The notes under the pieces: model-generated | The model's database searches: none | Told to the model about the DNA's origin: nothing | Seen by the model: only the letters and a program-made list of their open reading frames with translations | In this document: positions 46,855 to 57,837 of the stretch, one piece after another | Numbering within the stretch: the first letter of the stretch is position 1 | How the letters are laid out: every line of letters starts with the position of its first letter | Made by a program: the position numbers and the translations under genes | From: Candidatus Desulfofervidus auxilii | Lineage (GTDB): Bacteria; Desulfobacterota; Desulfofervidia; Desulfofervidales; Desulfofervidaceae | Direction: 5' to 3' | NCBI GenBank assembly: GCA_030262725.1 | Contig: JAJSZS010000003.1 | Coordinates: 1-64,000 of the forward strand | DNA: 64,000 nucleotides

Positions 46855-47576
46855 ATCATTTTGTCACAGCCATATTAGTATTAATGCTTTATTGGAGAAT
46901 ATTTTTGCTATTTATTCTCATTTTTTTATCTTCTTTTTGTTCTGCTCAAAATAATGATTTTGCAAAGTTACGAAAAGAAATGGTGGAAAAACAAATTAAG
47001 GCTAGGGGAATAAAAAATAAAAGAATTCTAAAAGTTATGGAAAAAGTTGAAAGGCATAAATTTTTACCTCCTTTTTTGCAAAAATTTGCTTATGAAGATC
47101 GTCCATTACCTATAGGACATGGTCAAACTATCTCTCAACCTTATATTGTAGCATTGATGACAGAACTACTTTGCCCAAAACCAACAGACAAAATACTTGA
47201 AATTGGTACAGGCAGTGGATATCAAGCAGCTATTTTAGCAGAATTAGTAGATAAAGTATATACTATTGAAATTATACCTGAATTGGCAAAATTAGCAGAA
47301 AAAAGACTAAAAATACTTGGTTATAAAAATGTATTTGTAAGATGCGGAGATGGATATTTTGGATGGCCTGAAGCAGCTCCTTTTGATGGAATCATTGTCA
47401 CATGTAGCCCTGAAAAGATACCTCAACCTTTAATTGAACAATTAAAAGAAGGGGGACGCATGGTCATTCCAGTAGGAGAGGGATGGGCACAAAAATTATT
47501 AGTCTTGCATAAAAAAAAGGGTAAAATTATAAAACAATATATCACTGATGTACTTTTTGTACCAATGAAACACTAA
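46848..47576 (+). CDS. pcm: Protein-L-isoaspartate O-methyltransferase
   Basis: QTISQPYIVALM and EIGTGSGYQAAILAEL motifs. Confidence 0.85.
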   Translation: MTYHFVTAILVLMLYWRIFLLFILIFLSSFCSAQNNDFAKLRKEMVEKQIKARGIKNKRILKVMEKVERHKFLPPFLQKFAYEDRPLPIGHGQTISQPYIVALMTELLCPKPTDKILEIGTGSGYQAAILAELVDKVYTIEIIPELAKLAEKRLKILGYKNVFVRCGDGYFGWPEAAPFDGIIVTCSPEKIPQPLIEQLKEGGRMVIPVGEGWAQKLLVLHKKKGKIIKQYITDVLFVPMKH

Positions 47577-47597
47577 ATCCAAAAATAAGGGGGGTAT

Positions 47598-50500
47598 ATG
47601 TACAAAAAAATAATCTTAACTATCCTCCTACTTCTATGTGGAGGTATAACCTATTATTTTTATTTTTTATCACATACTGATTTTATTTTTTCCCATATTT
47701 TTTATATACCTATAGTGTTAGCCGCATTTTGGTGGGGAAGAAAAGGTATTTGGATAGGTGTATGTTTAGGTATTTTATTAATGGTTTTTCATTTCTTTTC
47801 TAATTTAAACACTCCATTTCTATCAGATGCTATTAGGTTTGTTATGTTTGTTACTATAGGATTAATAGTAGGTCTTTTAAGAGAAAATGCATTACATTCA
47901 GAAAAAAAATTAAAAGAAACACAAGACTATTTAAATAATTTAATACATTGTGCTAATGCTCCTATTGTGGTTTGGGATAAAGATGGGAAAATAACTCTTT
48001 TTAATACTGCCTTTGAACGTCTCACTGGTTATCAAACCGATGAAGTAATAGGTAAACCATTTACAATTTTATTTGGTCAAAATGCTAAAGACAAATCTCT
48101 TAAAAAAATTGAACATGCTTTAAAAAATCAGTATGAAGATGGAATAGAAATTCCCATTTTATGCAAAAATGGAAAAGAACGTATTCTTTTATGGAATTTT
48201 GCTAAAGTCTATGCTTCAGATGGCGAAACTTTAATAGCTACAATTGGGCAAGGGCAAGATATTACATTAAGGAAAGAAGCTGAAGAAGCATTACATTTGA
48301 AAATAAAAGGGCTTGAAAATCATGGACGTGTTAAAGAATCCATGCTTGAACAACAAATGAAAGAATTAGCTGCCTATGAGCGAGTTATAGATGCTATGCT
48401 CCGTACCCTTGATTTAGACAAAAGGCTTGAAATTGGACTTAAAGAACTTATGAATCTCACAGGAGCAGAAAAGGCTGGAGTAAGTATTAAGGAAAATGAT
48501 CGTTTGGTTATACGAAAACAATTTGGCTTTTCTGAAGTTTTCACAGCCTGGGCAGGTGATTTAGCTATTGAGGATGTTACTTCACTTAATGAAATTACTG
48601 TGGGATGGAATAATATACCTGATCCCTCTTCAAAGCTTGAAGTGGCACTTAAAAAAGAAAGAGTAAAAAGCTGGGCAACCGTTCCTCTTAGGTCAGAACA
48701 AGGTTTCTTTGGTATTCTTATCCTTGCCTCTGAAAAACCTGAGGCATTTTTAAAGGAACAAATCAATATTCTTTCTGCATTAGCAAATAGATTCACTTTA
48801 ATGTTAGAACAGGCAAATTTATATCGCATAGCACAAGAAAGGCTTGCCCGTTTAACTACATTAAGGGAGATTGATAGTGCCATTTCAGCTAATCTTTCTA
48901 TGGAAGGAATAATTGAAATTGTCTTACGTAAAGTCAGCCCTCATATTTGGGTTGATGCTGTAGGAATAAGTTTAATTGATTGGGAGAGAAAACGAACTAT
49001 ATTAGCACGATTACATTTACCTGGTGATGTAAATATAGAAGGAGAGGCATTTCGTCTATCAGAAAGTCTATTAGCCCAATTAGGTATTGAGAAGAAACCT
49101 GTAATCATTTATGATATTAAATCTGATCCACGTGTACAAAACCACCGAGATATTGCGCGAAAATATAATCTTTCTTCTTATGTAGGAGTGCCTTTAGTTG
49201 TTCAGGACAAAGCTATTGGTGTACTTCATTTATTCACTGTAGAACCTAAAAAATTCTCTCATGAAGATTTGGATTTTTTTGTTACTATGGCTGGACAGGC
49301 AGCTATATCTGTACAAAATGCCCGTTTATATGAAGAAGCAACAAGACGAGCTGAAAATATGGAAGCTCTTGCTAAAGTAACATTCAATTTTACACAAGTT
49401 AGTCATGAAAAACAATTAGCTGAACAAATATTGGTTTCTGCCTGTGAAACTACTGGTGCTGAAATGGGGGCTTTATTTTGGTATAAAGAAAATGAAAATA
49501 GTCTTGAATTACTTGCTGGAATAGGTATTCCCGATAAAGTAATAAATCATTTAAAAGAAATGCAACCACTTCCTGTAGAACCAAGGGCAGGATTACTTGG
49601 ACTTGTAGCCTCTACAAGAAGATCTATTTATGTACCAAATATAAGCAAAGAGCCTAGCTTAGAATTTTTAGAAAATGGTTCAGCTTATATTGTACCTCTT
49701 GTATATCGTGAACATCTTTTTGGTGTATATATTTTTCTTTCAAAACAAATAGATGCATTTTCACCAGAACAACGTGCTTTGGCTGATACATTTGTAGGCT
49801 ATGTTTCAACTACACTTGAGAACGCCAGATTATTTAAAGAAACTCAAAAGGCTTATGAAGAGCTAAAAGCTACACAAGAACAACTTATTCAAGCTCAAAA
49901 GATGGAAGCTATAGGAAGGTTAGCAGGAGGAATAGCTCATGATTTTAATAATCTGCTTACAAGTATTCAAGGATTTGCAGAACTTGCTTTAATTAAACTC
50001 AAAGAGGATCATCCTGTTTATTATCATATAAAAGAGATTCAACGAAATGCTATGCGGGCAGCCAATTTAACGCGCCAATTGCTTCTTTTCAGTCGTAAAC
50101 AACCCATGGAGTTAAGACCAATTTGTATAAATACAATAATTAAAGATATGATGAAAATGTTAAACCGTCTTATAGGTGAAGATATTACTTTAAAGACTGA
50201 ACTTGCAGATTCACTTTGGACTGTTAAGGCAGATGCCGGAAGTATTGAACAAGTAATTATGAATTTGGTTGTTAATGCAAGAGATGCAATGCCAAAAGGA
50301 GGAGAAATTTTGATAAAAACTGAAAATGTTCATATAGATAAAGAATATGTAAAAACTCATACTGAAGCTAGGATTGGAAATTTCATTTGCCTTTCTGTTA
50401 AAGATCAAGGGATTGGAATGGATAAAAACACATTAGCACATATTTTTGAACCTTTCTTTACTACTAAGGAGCCTGGAATAGGCACAGGATTGGGACTAGC

Positions 50501-51017
50501 AGTAGTCTATGGTATTGTCAAGCAACATGAGGGATGGATTGAAGTAGAAACCTTAAAAGGAAAAGGAACAACTTTCAAAATATATTTACCAGCAGTTTTT
50601 ATAGGTCCAATAGAAGAAGAAAAAACTATAACTTCATTAAGCTCTTTAAAGGGGAAGGGTGAATGGATTTTGTTAGTAGAGGATGATGAATCTGTAAGAG
50701 AATTTGCTAAAAAAGGACTTTCTGAAAATGGCTATATAGTTTTTACTGCAAGAAATGCGAAAGAGGCATTTGATATTTTTGAAAAAAATAGAAAAAATTT
50801 TGCTCTTATTTTTAGTGATGTTGTATTACCAGATGGAAATGGACTTGAACTAGCAGAAAGATGTTTTAGATTAAAACCAAAAATTAAAATTGTATTTGCA
50901 AGTGGCTATAGTAATGAAAAAATAGATTGGGAAGTTATTCAAGGATATAGATATATTCAAAAACCATATTCATTATCTGAATTACTTAAAATTGTAAAAA
51001 ATACATTAGAAGAATAA
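47598..51017 (+). CDS. Membrane-anchored hybrid sensor histidine kinase (PAS, 2-3 GAF, HisKA, HATPase_c, REC)
   Basis: N-terminal transmembrane segments. H-box (GIAHDFNNLL). N/G boxes (NLVVNARDAM, GTGLGLAV). C-terminal receiver (LLVEDDESV ... FSDVVLPDGNG). Confidence 0.85.
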   Translation: MYKKIILTILLLLCGGITYYFYFLSHTDFIFSHIFYIPIVLAAFWWGRKGIWIGVCLGILLMVFHFFSNLNTPFLSDAIRFVMFVTIGLIVGLLRENALHSEKKLKETQDYLNNLIHCANAPIVVWDKDGKITLFNTAFERLTGYQTDEVIGKPFTILFGQNAKDKSLKKIEHALKNQYEDGIEIPILCKNGKERILLWNFAKVYASDGETLIATIGQGQDITLRKEAEEALHLKIKGLENHGRVKESMLEQQMKELAAYERVIDAMLRTLDLDKRLEIGLKELMNLTGAEKAGVSIKENDRLVIRKQFGFSEVFTAWAGDLAIEDVTSLNEITVGWNNIPDPSSKLEVALKKERVKSWATVPLRSEQGFFGILILASEKPEAFLKEQINILSALANRFTLMLEQANLYRIAQERLARLTTLREIDSAISANLSMEGIIEIVLRKVSPHIWVDAVGISLIDWERKRTILARLHLPGDVNIEGEAFRLSESLLAQLGIEKKPVIIYDIKSDPRVQNHRDIARKYNLSSYVGVPLVVQDKAIGVLHLFTVEPKKFSHEDLDFFVTMAGQAAISVQNARLYEEATRRAENMEALAKVTFNFTQVSHEKQLAEQILVSACETTGAEMGALFWYKENENSLELLAGIGIPDKVINHLKEMQPLPVEPRAGLLGLVASTRRSIYVPNISKEPSLEFLENGSAYIVPLVYREHLFGVYIFLSKQIDAFSPEQRALADTFVGYVSTTLENARLFKETQKAYEELKATQEQLIQAQKMEAIGRLAGGIAHDFNNLLTSIQGFAELALIKLKEDHPVYYHIKEIQRNAMRAANLTRQLLLFSRKQPMELRPICINTIIKDMMKMLNRLIGEDITLKTELADSLWTVKADAGSIEQVIMNLVVNARDAMPKGGEILIKTENVHIDKEYVKTHTEARIGNFICLSVKDQGIGMDKNTLAHIFEPFFTTKEPGIGTGLGLAVVYGIVKQHEGWIEVETLKGKGTTFKIYLPAVFIGPIEEEKTITSLSSLKGKGEWILLVEDDESVREFAKKGLSENGYIVFTARNAKEAFDIFEKNRKNFALIFSDVVLPDGNGLELAERCFRLKPKIKIVFASGYSNEKIDWEVIQGYRYIQKPYSLSELLKIVKNTLEE

Positions 51018-51018
51018 T

Positions 51019-52536
51019 TTACCATAACTTTTTTAATAAGGTATTAGGATAATAAAAAAGAAGAATTTCTTTAAATGATTTCCCTTCTTTACCCAATTCT
51101 GCAGCACCCCATTGAGAATAACCTACACCATGACCCCAACCATGTCCTTCAAAAATAAATGTATTACCAAATTTTTTAATAGAAAAAAGAATTTCTGGTA
51201 ACTTTAAAGCCCTTCTTAAAGTAGTACGAGTGCGAAAGATGCCATTACCTTTATCAGCAATAATTTTTATTTTTATGATCCTCCCTGAAGGGCCTTTTTC
51301 TACTGGAACAATATCTCTTAGTCCCTTTATTTTCAAACCAATCCTTCTCAATGCATTTTCCACTTGATCTACTTTGAATTCCTTTTCCCAATAAGCCATT
51401 TTCCCTTTAAGACTAGGTGGATCAGGATGAGCAATAAGGTAAGATTTATATAATTTAAATATGCTTTTTGCTGAAGCAGTATAACCTCCACTATTAGCAG
51501 TATACATAGCCAAAATAGGCCTTCCTTTCTCCACTAAAACAAGACCCTCTGTCTCTCTTACTGCTTGTGTAGTCCTATCTGTTTCCCTATCTACTCCTCC
51601 ATATGCTTGATCCCCTTCATAATCCACTAAATCATAATCCCAGTTTTTGCGGTGAAGTACTTGATAAAGGGCATATGTTCGAGCTGCCACTGCTTGTGCC
51701 TTTAATGTCTCTAACGGCCATGAAGACCAAGATTCAGATGGTACAACACTTAATAAATAACTTTCTATATCAACAATGTTTAAAACCATTAAATTATTTT
51801 CTTTTATTTTAATAAAAATTCGTCCTCTTAATTTTTTCCTTTTTCCTTTAACTATTACTTCTAATGGAGTTTCAGCATTAATATTTATAGATTTTGAAAA
51901 AAAGTTTGTGTTTTTAATATATATTTTTCCATTTTTTAAATAACATATAATTTCATTTTTTAAAAAGGGATGATTATTAATAGATAAATTTTTACCTCTT
52001 ATTTTTACTTCTTTTGCTTTACGGTGAATCAATACTCTTACTTCTGGTCTTTTTATCTTTGGTATTGGTGGAGCAATGGCTTTTTTTGCTTTTTCTAAAA
52101 GCACCTCTGTTTGAAATCTAAATCGCCCTTGAGGATATTTTTTAAGATATAATTCTAATGTCATTACAGCATCTTTAAATCTCCTTGTCTCAAAAAGTAA
52201 AAGCCCTTTACGATAAAGGGCAATCTCTTCCCCTTCAGGATATTCTTTTATGATCTTCTCATAAATATTTAATGCCTCTTCTTCGGCATCTAAAAAAGTA
52301 GCTAGTAAATTTGCTTTATATAAAAGAGCCCTTAGTTTTGTTTGACGATAGGTTGTTACTTCATAGGCTGTGTTATATGCATCAAGTGCTTCTAAATATT
52401 TACCTACATCTATCAAATAACTAGCATAATTAATGTTCCATTGTGCTAATCTTTCTGCAGAAAGTGTATCTTCTTGAGCTAAAGCAATAATAGGCAATAA
52501 AATTAAGATAAAGATAAAAATTCCTCTTTTTACCAT
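51019..52536 (-). CDS. SpoIID/LytB-domain protein with N-terminal TPR-like region
   Basis: LKAQAVAARTYALYQ and GHGWGHGVGYSQWGA motifs typical of SpoIID/LytB. Signal peptide. Confidence 0.7.
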   Translation of the reverse strand: MVKRGIFIFILILLPIIALAQEDTLSAERLAQWNINYASYLIDVGKYLEALDAYNTAYEVTTYRQTKLRALLYKANLLATFLDAEEEALNIYEKIIKEYPEGEEIALYRKGLLLFETRRFKDAVMTLELYLKKYPQGRFRFQTEVLLEKAKKAIAPPIPKIKRPEVRVLIHRKAKEVKIRGKNLSINNHPFLKNEIICYLKNGKIYIKNTNFFSKSININAETPLEVIVKGKRKKLRGRIFIKIKENNLMVLNIVDIESYLLSVVPSESWSSWPLETLKAQAVAARTYALYQVLHRKNWDYDLVDYEGDQAYGGVDRETDRTTQAVRETEGLVLVEKGRPILAMYTANSGGYTASAKSIFKLYKSYLIAHPDPPSLKGKMAYWEKEFKVDQVENALRRIGLKIKGLRDIVPVEKGPSGRIIKIKIIADKGNGIFRTRTTLRRALKLPEILFSIKKFGNTFIFEGHGWGHGVGYSQWGAAELGKEGKSFKEILLFYYPNTLLKKLW

Positions 52537-52539
52537 AGC

Positions 52540-54624
52540 TCATTCCTTTAAATTTTTTTGAATAAAAAAATTTTTCTTAAAAATACCTTTTTCTACTTTA
52601 CCTTTCAAAGAAAAAATTTTTTTATCCACATTAAAACTTCCTTCAGCAAAGAAACGCATCAAAGGTGAGATAAAGCGTATATTTTTAAAATTAATAATTT
52701 TTGGTGTACCTTTAATTACACAAATAACATTATCAAAAGGTAAAGTATCTTCAAGTTTGGCAGGATTTAACTTGATTATTCTCATAATATCTAAAATAAA
52801 TCCTAATGATTTATGTAAATTAGAAAGTTTCATAATTTGACCTGCTTCAATATTTAATAACCCATCTATTTTAGCATTGTCTATAAATTCTTTATCTGTC
52901 TTCCCTTGCGCACTTATAGTTAATTGGAAACCTGTTTTTCCTGTAACATAAATAGGTGCTTCATGAATAAAACATCCTAAAAGATGTTCTAAATTCACAG
53001 AACTAACCTTTGCTTCGCTAAAGCAATTGAGGAAATTATCAGTAAATTCACATCCAAGATTTAAATTTACATTACAAAATCTTGTATTAAGAGCCAATTG
53101 ATTATTTGAATCAAACATAGCATCTATTTTTAGAGATTCAATAGGAGGATAATCTTCATATACAATTTGGTCAAATTCTAAATGCCATTGTGGTGATATT
53201 TTTGAAACTTTTTTACTCCAAGAAAAATCAAATGGTTTTGGTTTAGATTCAACTTTTGAAGAAACTGTTTTTTTCTTTTTTTCTTTTAATTTAACTAAAG
53301 GTGAAATAACAATTATTTTATTTTCTCTTTGATCAAGACGAGATTTACCATTTATGAGCAAATTTGTTATTCCCAAATTGTAATGAGCAATCAGCTCTTT
53401 ATCAGGAAGTTTTTTTAAATCTATTTCTTTTAAAAAAATAGATGAAAAATCAATATCTTTAACCAAAAGATCTATCTGTGCTGGTTTAAATGAAAGTGGC
53501 CAATCAAAATCTGTTTTTAATTTTATAAATCCTTTTGGTGGAACAGCTATATTGCTTTCTAGATTTGATATTTCTATTTTTTCAGGTGAATAAGAAATAT
53601 AGCCATTTAATTTTTCAATATTAAATATCTTTTTACGCCAAGCAATATTTATTGGTTTGGCTTTAAAATTAAATTTAGCAAAATATTTATTTTTAGAAAA
53701 ATTTGTCTGAATGTCTTGAAAAACTATGCCTCCATTGAGATTAATAAATTCATCATTTAAAGTGTATATAAAATTAGAAGCATTTATTCCTATATTGTTT
53801 GATTTTATTGATGCAATTTTATTCTGCCACAAAAATGTCATTTCTGGTATAGAAATAACAAAATTTGAAGGTAAAGCTTTTGGCAAATTAGGTAAGAGAA
53901 AGATATTTAAAGGCTTGATTGTCTTTATATTTGCTTTAGAGGTATTTAAAAGAAATTTATTTTCTTCTTGAATCAAATTGATATTTAGATTTGTCAATAA
54001 TATTTCTCCTTTTAGCTCTAAATCCTTATAAAAATTTAATTCATCTAAAATTTTCTTTTTATACTGAGGATTAAAATTAAAAAATGCTTTAGAAATTGAA
54101 GCCAAATCCAAAATAATCTTTTCACAATTTACATTTATGTTTGTTTTAATATAATTACCTGTTAAATTAGTAAATAAAGATGAACCTAAATTTAAGATTC
54201 CTATTTTCCAATTAATATTATTTCCAATAATATTAATTTGAATGTCCTTAATAGCAATAGGATAAAGACTATATAAAGATGGGAAAATACTTTCTTTTAT
54301 ATTCAAAAGATAATTATTGTTTTCTGCTTTAAGAAAAATCTGTTTTAAAATAGCTTTGCCTTTAACTGATAAATTAAATTCTTTTGGTAAATATCCAATT
54401 TTTTGCAAATAAATTAATAAACTACTTGTTTCTATTTCACATAAAGGGCTTTCAATCTCCCAAATCAAAGGCTTAGTAGAAATAAGATGAAAATTGAATT
54501 CTCCTTTAAATTGCAACTCAGGAATATTTAATAAAGTTTTTATTTTAAATTCCTTTGAAGAAACAGCAGAGAAAGAAACAAATAGAAAGATTAAAAAATA
54601 GAGAAAAAGAAATCTACGAATCAT
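52540..54624 (-). CDS. Large secreted/membrane-anchored beta-rich protein of unknown function (AsmA-family-like?)
   Basis: N-terminal transmembrane/signal segment. 694 aa, Asn/Ile-rich repetitive sequence. No motif I can assign. Confidence 0.4.
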   Translation of the reverse strand: MIRRFLFLYFLIFLFVSFSAVSSKEFKIKTLLNIPELQFKGEFNFHLISTKPLIWEIESPLCEIETSSLLIYLQKIGYLPKEFNLSVKGKAILKQIFLKAENNNYLLNIKESIFPSLYSLYPIAIKDIQINIIGNNINWKIGILNLGSSLFTNLTGNYIKTNINVNCEKIILDLASISKAFFNFNPQYKKKILDELNFYKDLELKGEILLTNLNINLIQEENKFLLNTSKANIKTIKPLNIFLLPNLPKALPSNFVISIPEMTFLWQNKIASIKSNNIGINASNFIYTLNDEFINLNGGIVFQDIQTNFSKNKYFAKFNFKAKPINIAWRKKIFNIEKLNGYISYSPEKIEISNLESNIAVPPKGFIKLKTDFDWPLSFKPAQIDLLVKDIDFSSIFLKEIDLKKLPDKELIAHYNLGITNLLINGKSRLDQRENKIIVISPLVKLKEKKKKTVSSKVESKPKPFDFSWSKKVSKISPQWHLEFDQIVYEDYPPIESLKIDAMFDSNNQLALNTRFCNVNLNLGCEFTDNFLNCFSEAKVSSVNLEHLLGCFIHEAPIYVTGKTGFQLTISAQGKTDKEFIDNAKIDGLLNIEAGQIMKLSNLHKSLGFILDIMRIIKLNPAKLEDTLPFDNVICVIKGTPKIINFKNIRFISPLMRFFAEGSFNVDKKIFSLKGKVEKGIFKKNFFIQKNLKE

Positions 54625-54636
54625 ATTTTTAAAAAA

Positions 54637-54662
54637 GGGGCGAAAATCGCCCCTTTATTTTT
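54637..54662. terminator. Rho-independent terminator hairpin (GGGGCG-AAAAT-CGCCCC) flanked by A/T runs on both sides
   Basis: A perfect 6-bp GC stem with an A-run before it and a T-run after it. Positioned right at the 3' end of the minus-strand gene 54661-55539. Confidence 0.6.
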
Positions 54663-55539
54663 ATTTTAATACAAATACTACTTTTGCCTGAGCAAGGAAA
54701 TTGGTCTTTTGATTATGTGTAAATATAGCTGCTGCATCATCAGAACCTACTTTTACATCTGTCATCTTTATTACACCTTTTGCCTTTACAACCATTGGAT
54801 TATTAGAACCCCAAGTCTGAAGCAATGCCTTTGCTTTAGCCTCATCATTTGTAAAACCACCACAACCCCTTTCTACCAAAACAGAACTGACAATCTTTGA
54901 AGGGTCAAAAATTATTTCATTTTTATCCGTAAGTATACGATTAATTAAGGCTGGTCTAAAATTATATTCTCTTACATCCACAATAAGACCATCATGTGGG
55001 TGGGTAATCTCTGAAGGTTTTGCAACTTCAGGTGTTTCAGGAACAACTGATTTCTCCGCTTCAGGAATCAACTTTGGTTGATAAGAAGGAGCAGGAGGAG
55101 GCAAAAGTTTTTCATCTCTCATCAAAGGCAAAATGATATCATAAAGACCCCCTTTCCCTCTAATATAAAGTCTTAAACAAACTTCAGCATAACCCCGATT
55201 AGGATCATATTTTTCACCGCATTTAACAGCACCTTTTAAGAAACCTTCTACTGTTGTACGAATGACATCACTTTGCAACATACCATCTCTTACTGTAGTA
55301 GTGCCATAAAGACTAAGTCCTTGCAAAACCTCAAGCAAATCTCTCTGAGCTACTACTGTTGCTGCTCTAATTGCCCGATAACGACTCTGCCCTTCTTCAG
55401 AAGTCCCAATTACTTGAATATACCCTTCGCTAAAGACCTTTACAGGGTCAGTTACTGATTGCCAACCTTGCTGAGCAAAAACCTGAATAACCATTAAACA
55501 AACTAGAATACCCGCTAAAAGACCAAAAATTTTCTTCAT
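54661..55539 (-). CDS. LPP20-like periplasmic lipoprotein
   Basis: Signal peptide. YIQVIGTSEEGQSRYRAIRAATVVAQRDLLEVLQG resembles the LPP20 fold family. Confidence 0.45.
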   Translation of the reverse strand: MKKIFGLLAGILVCLMVIQVFAQQGWQSVTDPVKVFSEGYIQVIGTSEEGQSRYRAIRAATVVAQRDLLEVLQGLSLYGTTTVRDGMLQSDVIRTTVEGFLKGAVKCGEKYDPNRGYAEVCLRLYIRGKGGLYDIILPLMRDEKLLPPPAPSYQPKLIPEAEKSVVPETPEVAKPSEITHPHDGLIVDVREYNFRPALINRILTDKNEIIFDPSKIVSSVLVERGCGGFTNDEAKAKALLQTWGSNNPMVVKAKGVIKMTDVKVGSDDAAAIFTHNQKTNFLAQAKVVFVLK

Positions 55540-55549
55540 TTTCCCCCTC

Positions 55550-56746
55550 CTAATATATATTCATGACATTTCTCAATTTCATTAATGCCAAAATCAACTC
55601 TGCCCCATCTACATAATCATCTGGTCTGAATTCACCTGAAAGCTCTGGCTCCATAAGCCCTCTTGTAGTTACATTCATCACTGCATTAAACCAGGCTACA
55701 TTTACAGGCACATCAGGAAAAGGTGATTTTTCTGTACCAAAATAAGCTGTAGCTAAATTTTCATCACCAGTCAGTTTAATCAACAAATCTTCAAGGATAA
55801 AAGCCAATTCCTTACGTTTAATTGGCTCTTGCGGTTTAAATAAATATGCTTGTGTAGTTGAATCATATTTTGCTTGTAAACCTCTTACATTCCATTTAAT
55901 TACTGTAACAATCTCATTTTCAAATGGATGACCTAAAGCATCAGCTGGAATAAAATCTGCTTTTGGTAATTTGGATTTTACAGGAATACGACCTGCTAAA
56001 AAGCGGTCTAAATGAAGCTCATCTATCAAAAGAGCAGCTACATCACCTCTTGTTACCTGCTCTTTTACAGCAATCTTTTTGGCTACATCGGTTAATGTAT
56101 ATTGACCACATGCCCTAACAATCTTTTGAACTTTTTTATACAAATTATCTGCCTTATCATGCCATTTACCAGGTTTACTAGAAATTACCTTTGCTAAAGT
56201 CTCTTCTGCTTTGCGAAATTCATAGGCACGATAATAAGCTATTCCCATAAAATAATGCATTGCAGAAGTAGTTTGATAATAAGGTAAATCTGCCTCATTT
56301 ACTTTTTTAAGTTTAAGGGCATATTCATAATGATCTTTAGCTTCTCCTAACCAATCCTTTGGATGCCCTTCTGTATAAACACGGATAGCTGTTACATGAT
56401 AAATGAATTTTTGACTATCACCATTAGCTTTCTTTCTTGCTTTTTTAAGAAAATCAATCGCTTTTTTCATATCTATAGCCATATGTTCTTTCTCACCTTG
56501 TTTACCAGCCTTAATTGCTAAGACCAAAGCTTTACCTGCTAAAGCAGGACTATAATCTTTATCAAGATAAAGAGCACGATCAAACCGCCTTTCTGCTTCA
56601 TCTAAATCACCTCTTTCAATTGCCTCCATCCCTTGTAGATAATGATGGGGTGGATTATCTTCAATAGAAATAGGCACTGGCTTAAGCTTTGCACAAGCAA
56701 CAATCAAAAACAAAATTAACCATACTATCCCTATTTTCTTAACCAT
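55550..56746 (-). CDS. TPR-repeat lipoprotein
   Basis: Lipobox (VACAK) and TPR-like helical repeats. Confidence 0.5.
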   Translation of the reverse strand: MVKKIGIVWLILFLIVACAKLKPVPISIEDNPPHHYLQGMEAIERGDLDEAERRFDRALYLDKDYSPALAGKALVLAIKAGKQGEKEHMAIDMKKAIDFLKKARKKANGDSQKFIYHVTAIRVYTEGHPKDWLGEAKDHYEYALKLKKVNEADLPYYQTTSAMHYFMGIAYYRAYEFRKAEETLAKVISSKPGKWHDKADNLYKKVQKIVRACGQYTLTDVAKKIAVKEQVTRGDVAALLIDELHLDRFLAGRIPVKSKLPKADFIPADALGHPFENEIVTVIKWNVRGLQAKYDSTTQAYLFKPQEPIKRKELAFILEDLLIKLTGDENLATAYFGTEKSPFPDVPVNVAWFNAVMNVTTRGLMEPELSGEFRPDDYVDGAELILALMKLRNVMNIY

Positions 56747-56757
56747 TTTTTACCCCC

Positions 56758-57837
56758 TTATCTTGTAATAGATTTCCAAAAATCTTTAAGTACATCTTTT
56801 ACTTCTTCTTGTTGAGCTTTTTTCTTAGCCTGAGCAGCTGTAAGTCTAACCATTTGACCTATTTTAAGACGACTCATAACATTTTTATCTGTAACAAGGA
56901 TTATAGCCTCATTATCTGTAAGCCCTTCTTGAACGACTTTTCCTTTACCTATCTGTATATAAGAATCTATTTGACGATTGGTTACAGGATCTATCTCTAT
57001 AAGGTGCTCAATAATTTCTACTTCATCGCCAGGTACAATTCCATCAGCCCTACCTAAAGTAATATAGGCTATTTTTTTTGCCCCAGAAGAATGTGTCATG
57101 ATTTTACGAATATAGCCATAGATAGGAATAGCCTCTATTAAATGGACAGGAACATATCTATTAATTGCTTGTGAAAGTGCTTTTTGTGCTAATCCACAAC
57201 TAAAACGGCAATTTTGACGTGCAATATCTGTCTCACTTCCCTTTACACTAAAACTTTTAACAACACGGCCAGTAGAAAAATCTATTACTCTAAAATTTAA
57301 AGTAACCTCTGCCCTTACACTACATTCAGGAGGAATATATATGCCTTCCTTAGTATAATAGCCTGGTTTTTGATTCTGACTAACTAAAACTTCATTTACT
57401 GCACCTACAATAGCATAATCAATATCCTTACCTAAACTAAAATATCTCTCTTCTATTTTTTCCCAATCAACTCCATGCTCCTCTTGATAACCAAGTTCCC
57501 TTGCTAATTGATTAGCACGTGAACGCTCCACTACTTCAAATGTTCCGGTTTTAGCAACCACATTATGCATTAATTCAGTAGCAACATGTCCCAATCTGCA
57601 ACCCTTGCCTGAGTAATCTCCCATTTCCAAAACCACAATCCGTGGTTTTTTCTTCTGAAGCACATATTTAGGAGGCATAATTTCTGCCTTTTGTATATCT
57701 TGCGGAGTCTGATAATACTCTGCAATCTTTATAGTAGGTCCTACTGCAGCACATGAAAGGATAAAAATCAAACCTATTACTAAAGCAATCCTTCTCATAT
57801 TTACCCTCCAATTAATAGCCTGTATAATTTCCATCAA
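56758..57837 (-). CDS. CsgG-family (curli-type) lipoprotein
   Basis: Lipobox (LSCAA). PRIVVLEMGDYSGKGCRLGHVATELMHNVVAKTGTFEVVERSRANQLARELGY matches the CsgG core pattern. Confidence 0.6.
   Translation of the reverse strand: MMEIIQAINWRVNMRRIALVIGLIFILSCAAVGPTIKIAEYYQTPQDIQKAEIMPPKYVLQKKKPRIVVLEMGDYSGKGCRLGHVATELMHNVVAKTGTFEVVERSRANQLARELGYQEEHGVDWEKIEERYFSLGKDIDYAIVGAVNEVLVSQNQKPGYYTKEGIYIPPECSVRAEVTLNFRVIDFSTGRVVKSFSVKGSETDIARQNCRFSCGLAQKALSQAINRYVPVHLIEAIPIYGYIRKIMTHSSGAKKIAYITLGRADGIVPGDEVEIIEHLIEIDPVTNRQIDSYIQIGKGKVVQEGLTDNEAIILVTDKNVMSRLKIGQMVRLTAAQAKKKAQQEEVKDVLKDFWKSITR

Noticed and set aside
48374-48883. 169-aa minus-strand ORF inside the sensor kinase gene
   Set aside because: It is antisense to the GAF domain region of a continuous 1139-aa kinase ORF. 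Composition is Ser/Leu-rich, typical of a spurious antisense frame.
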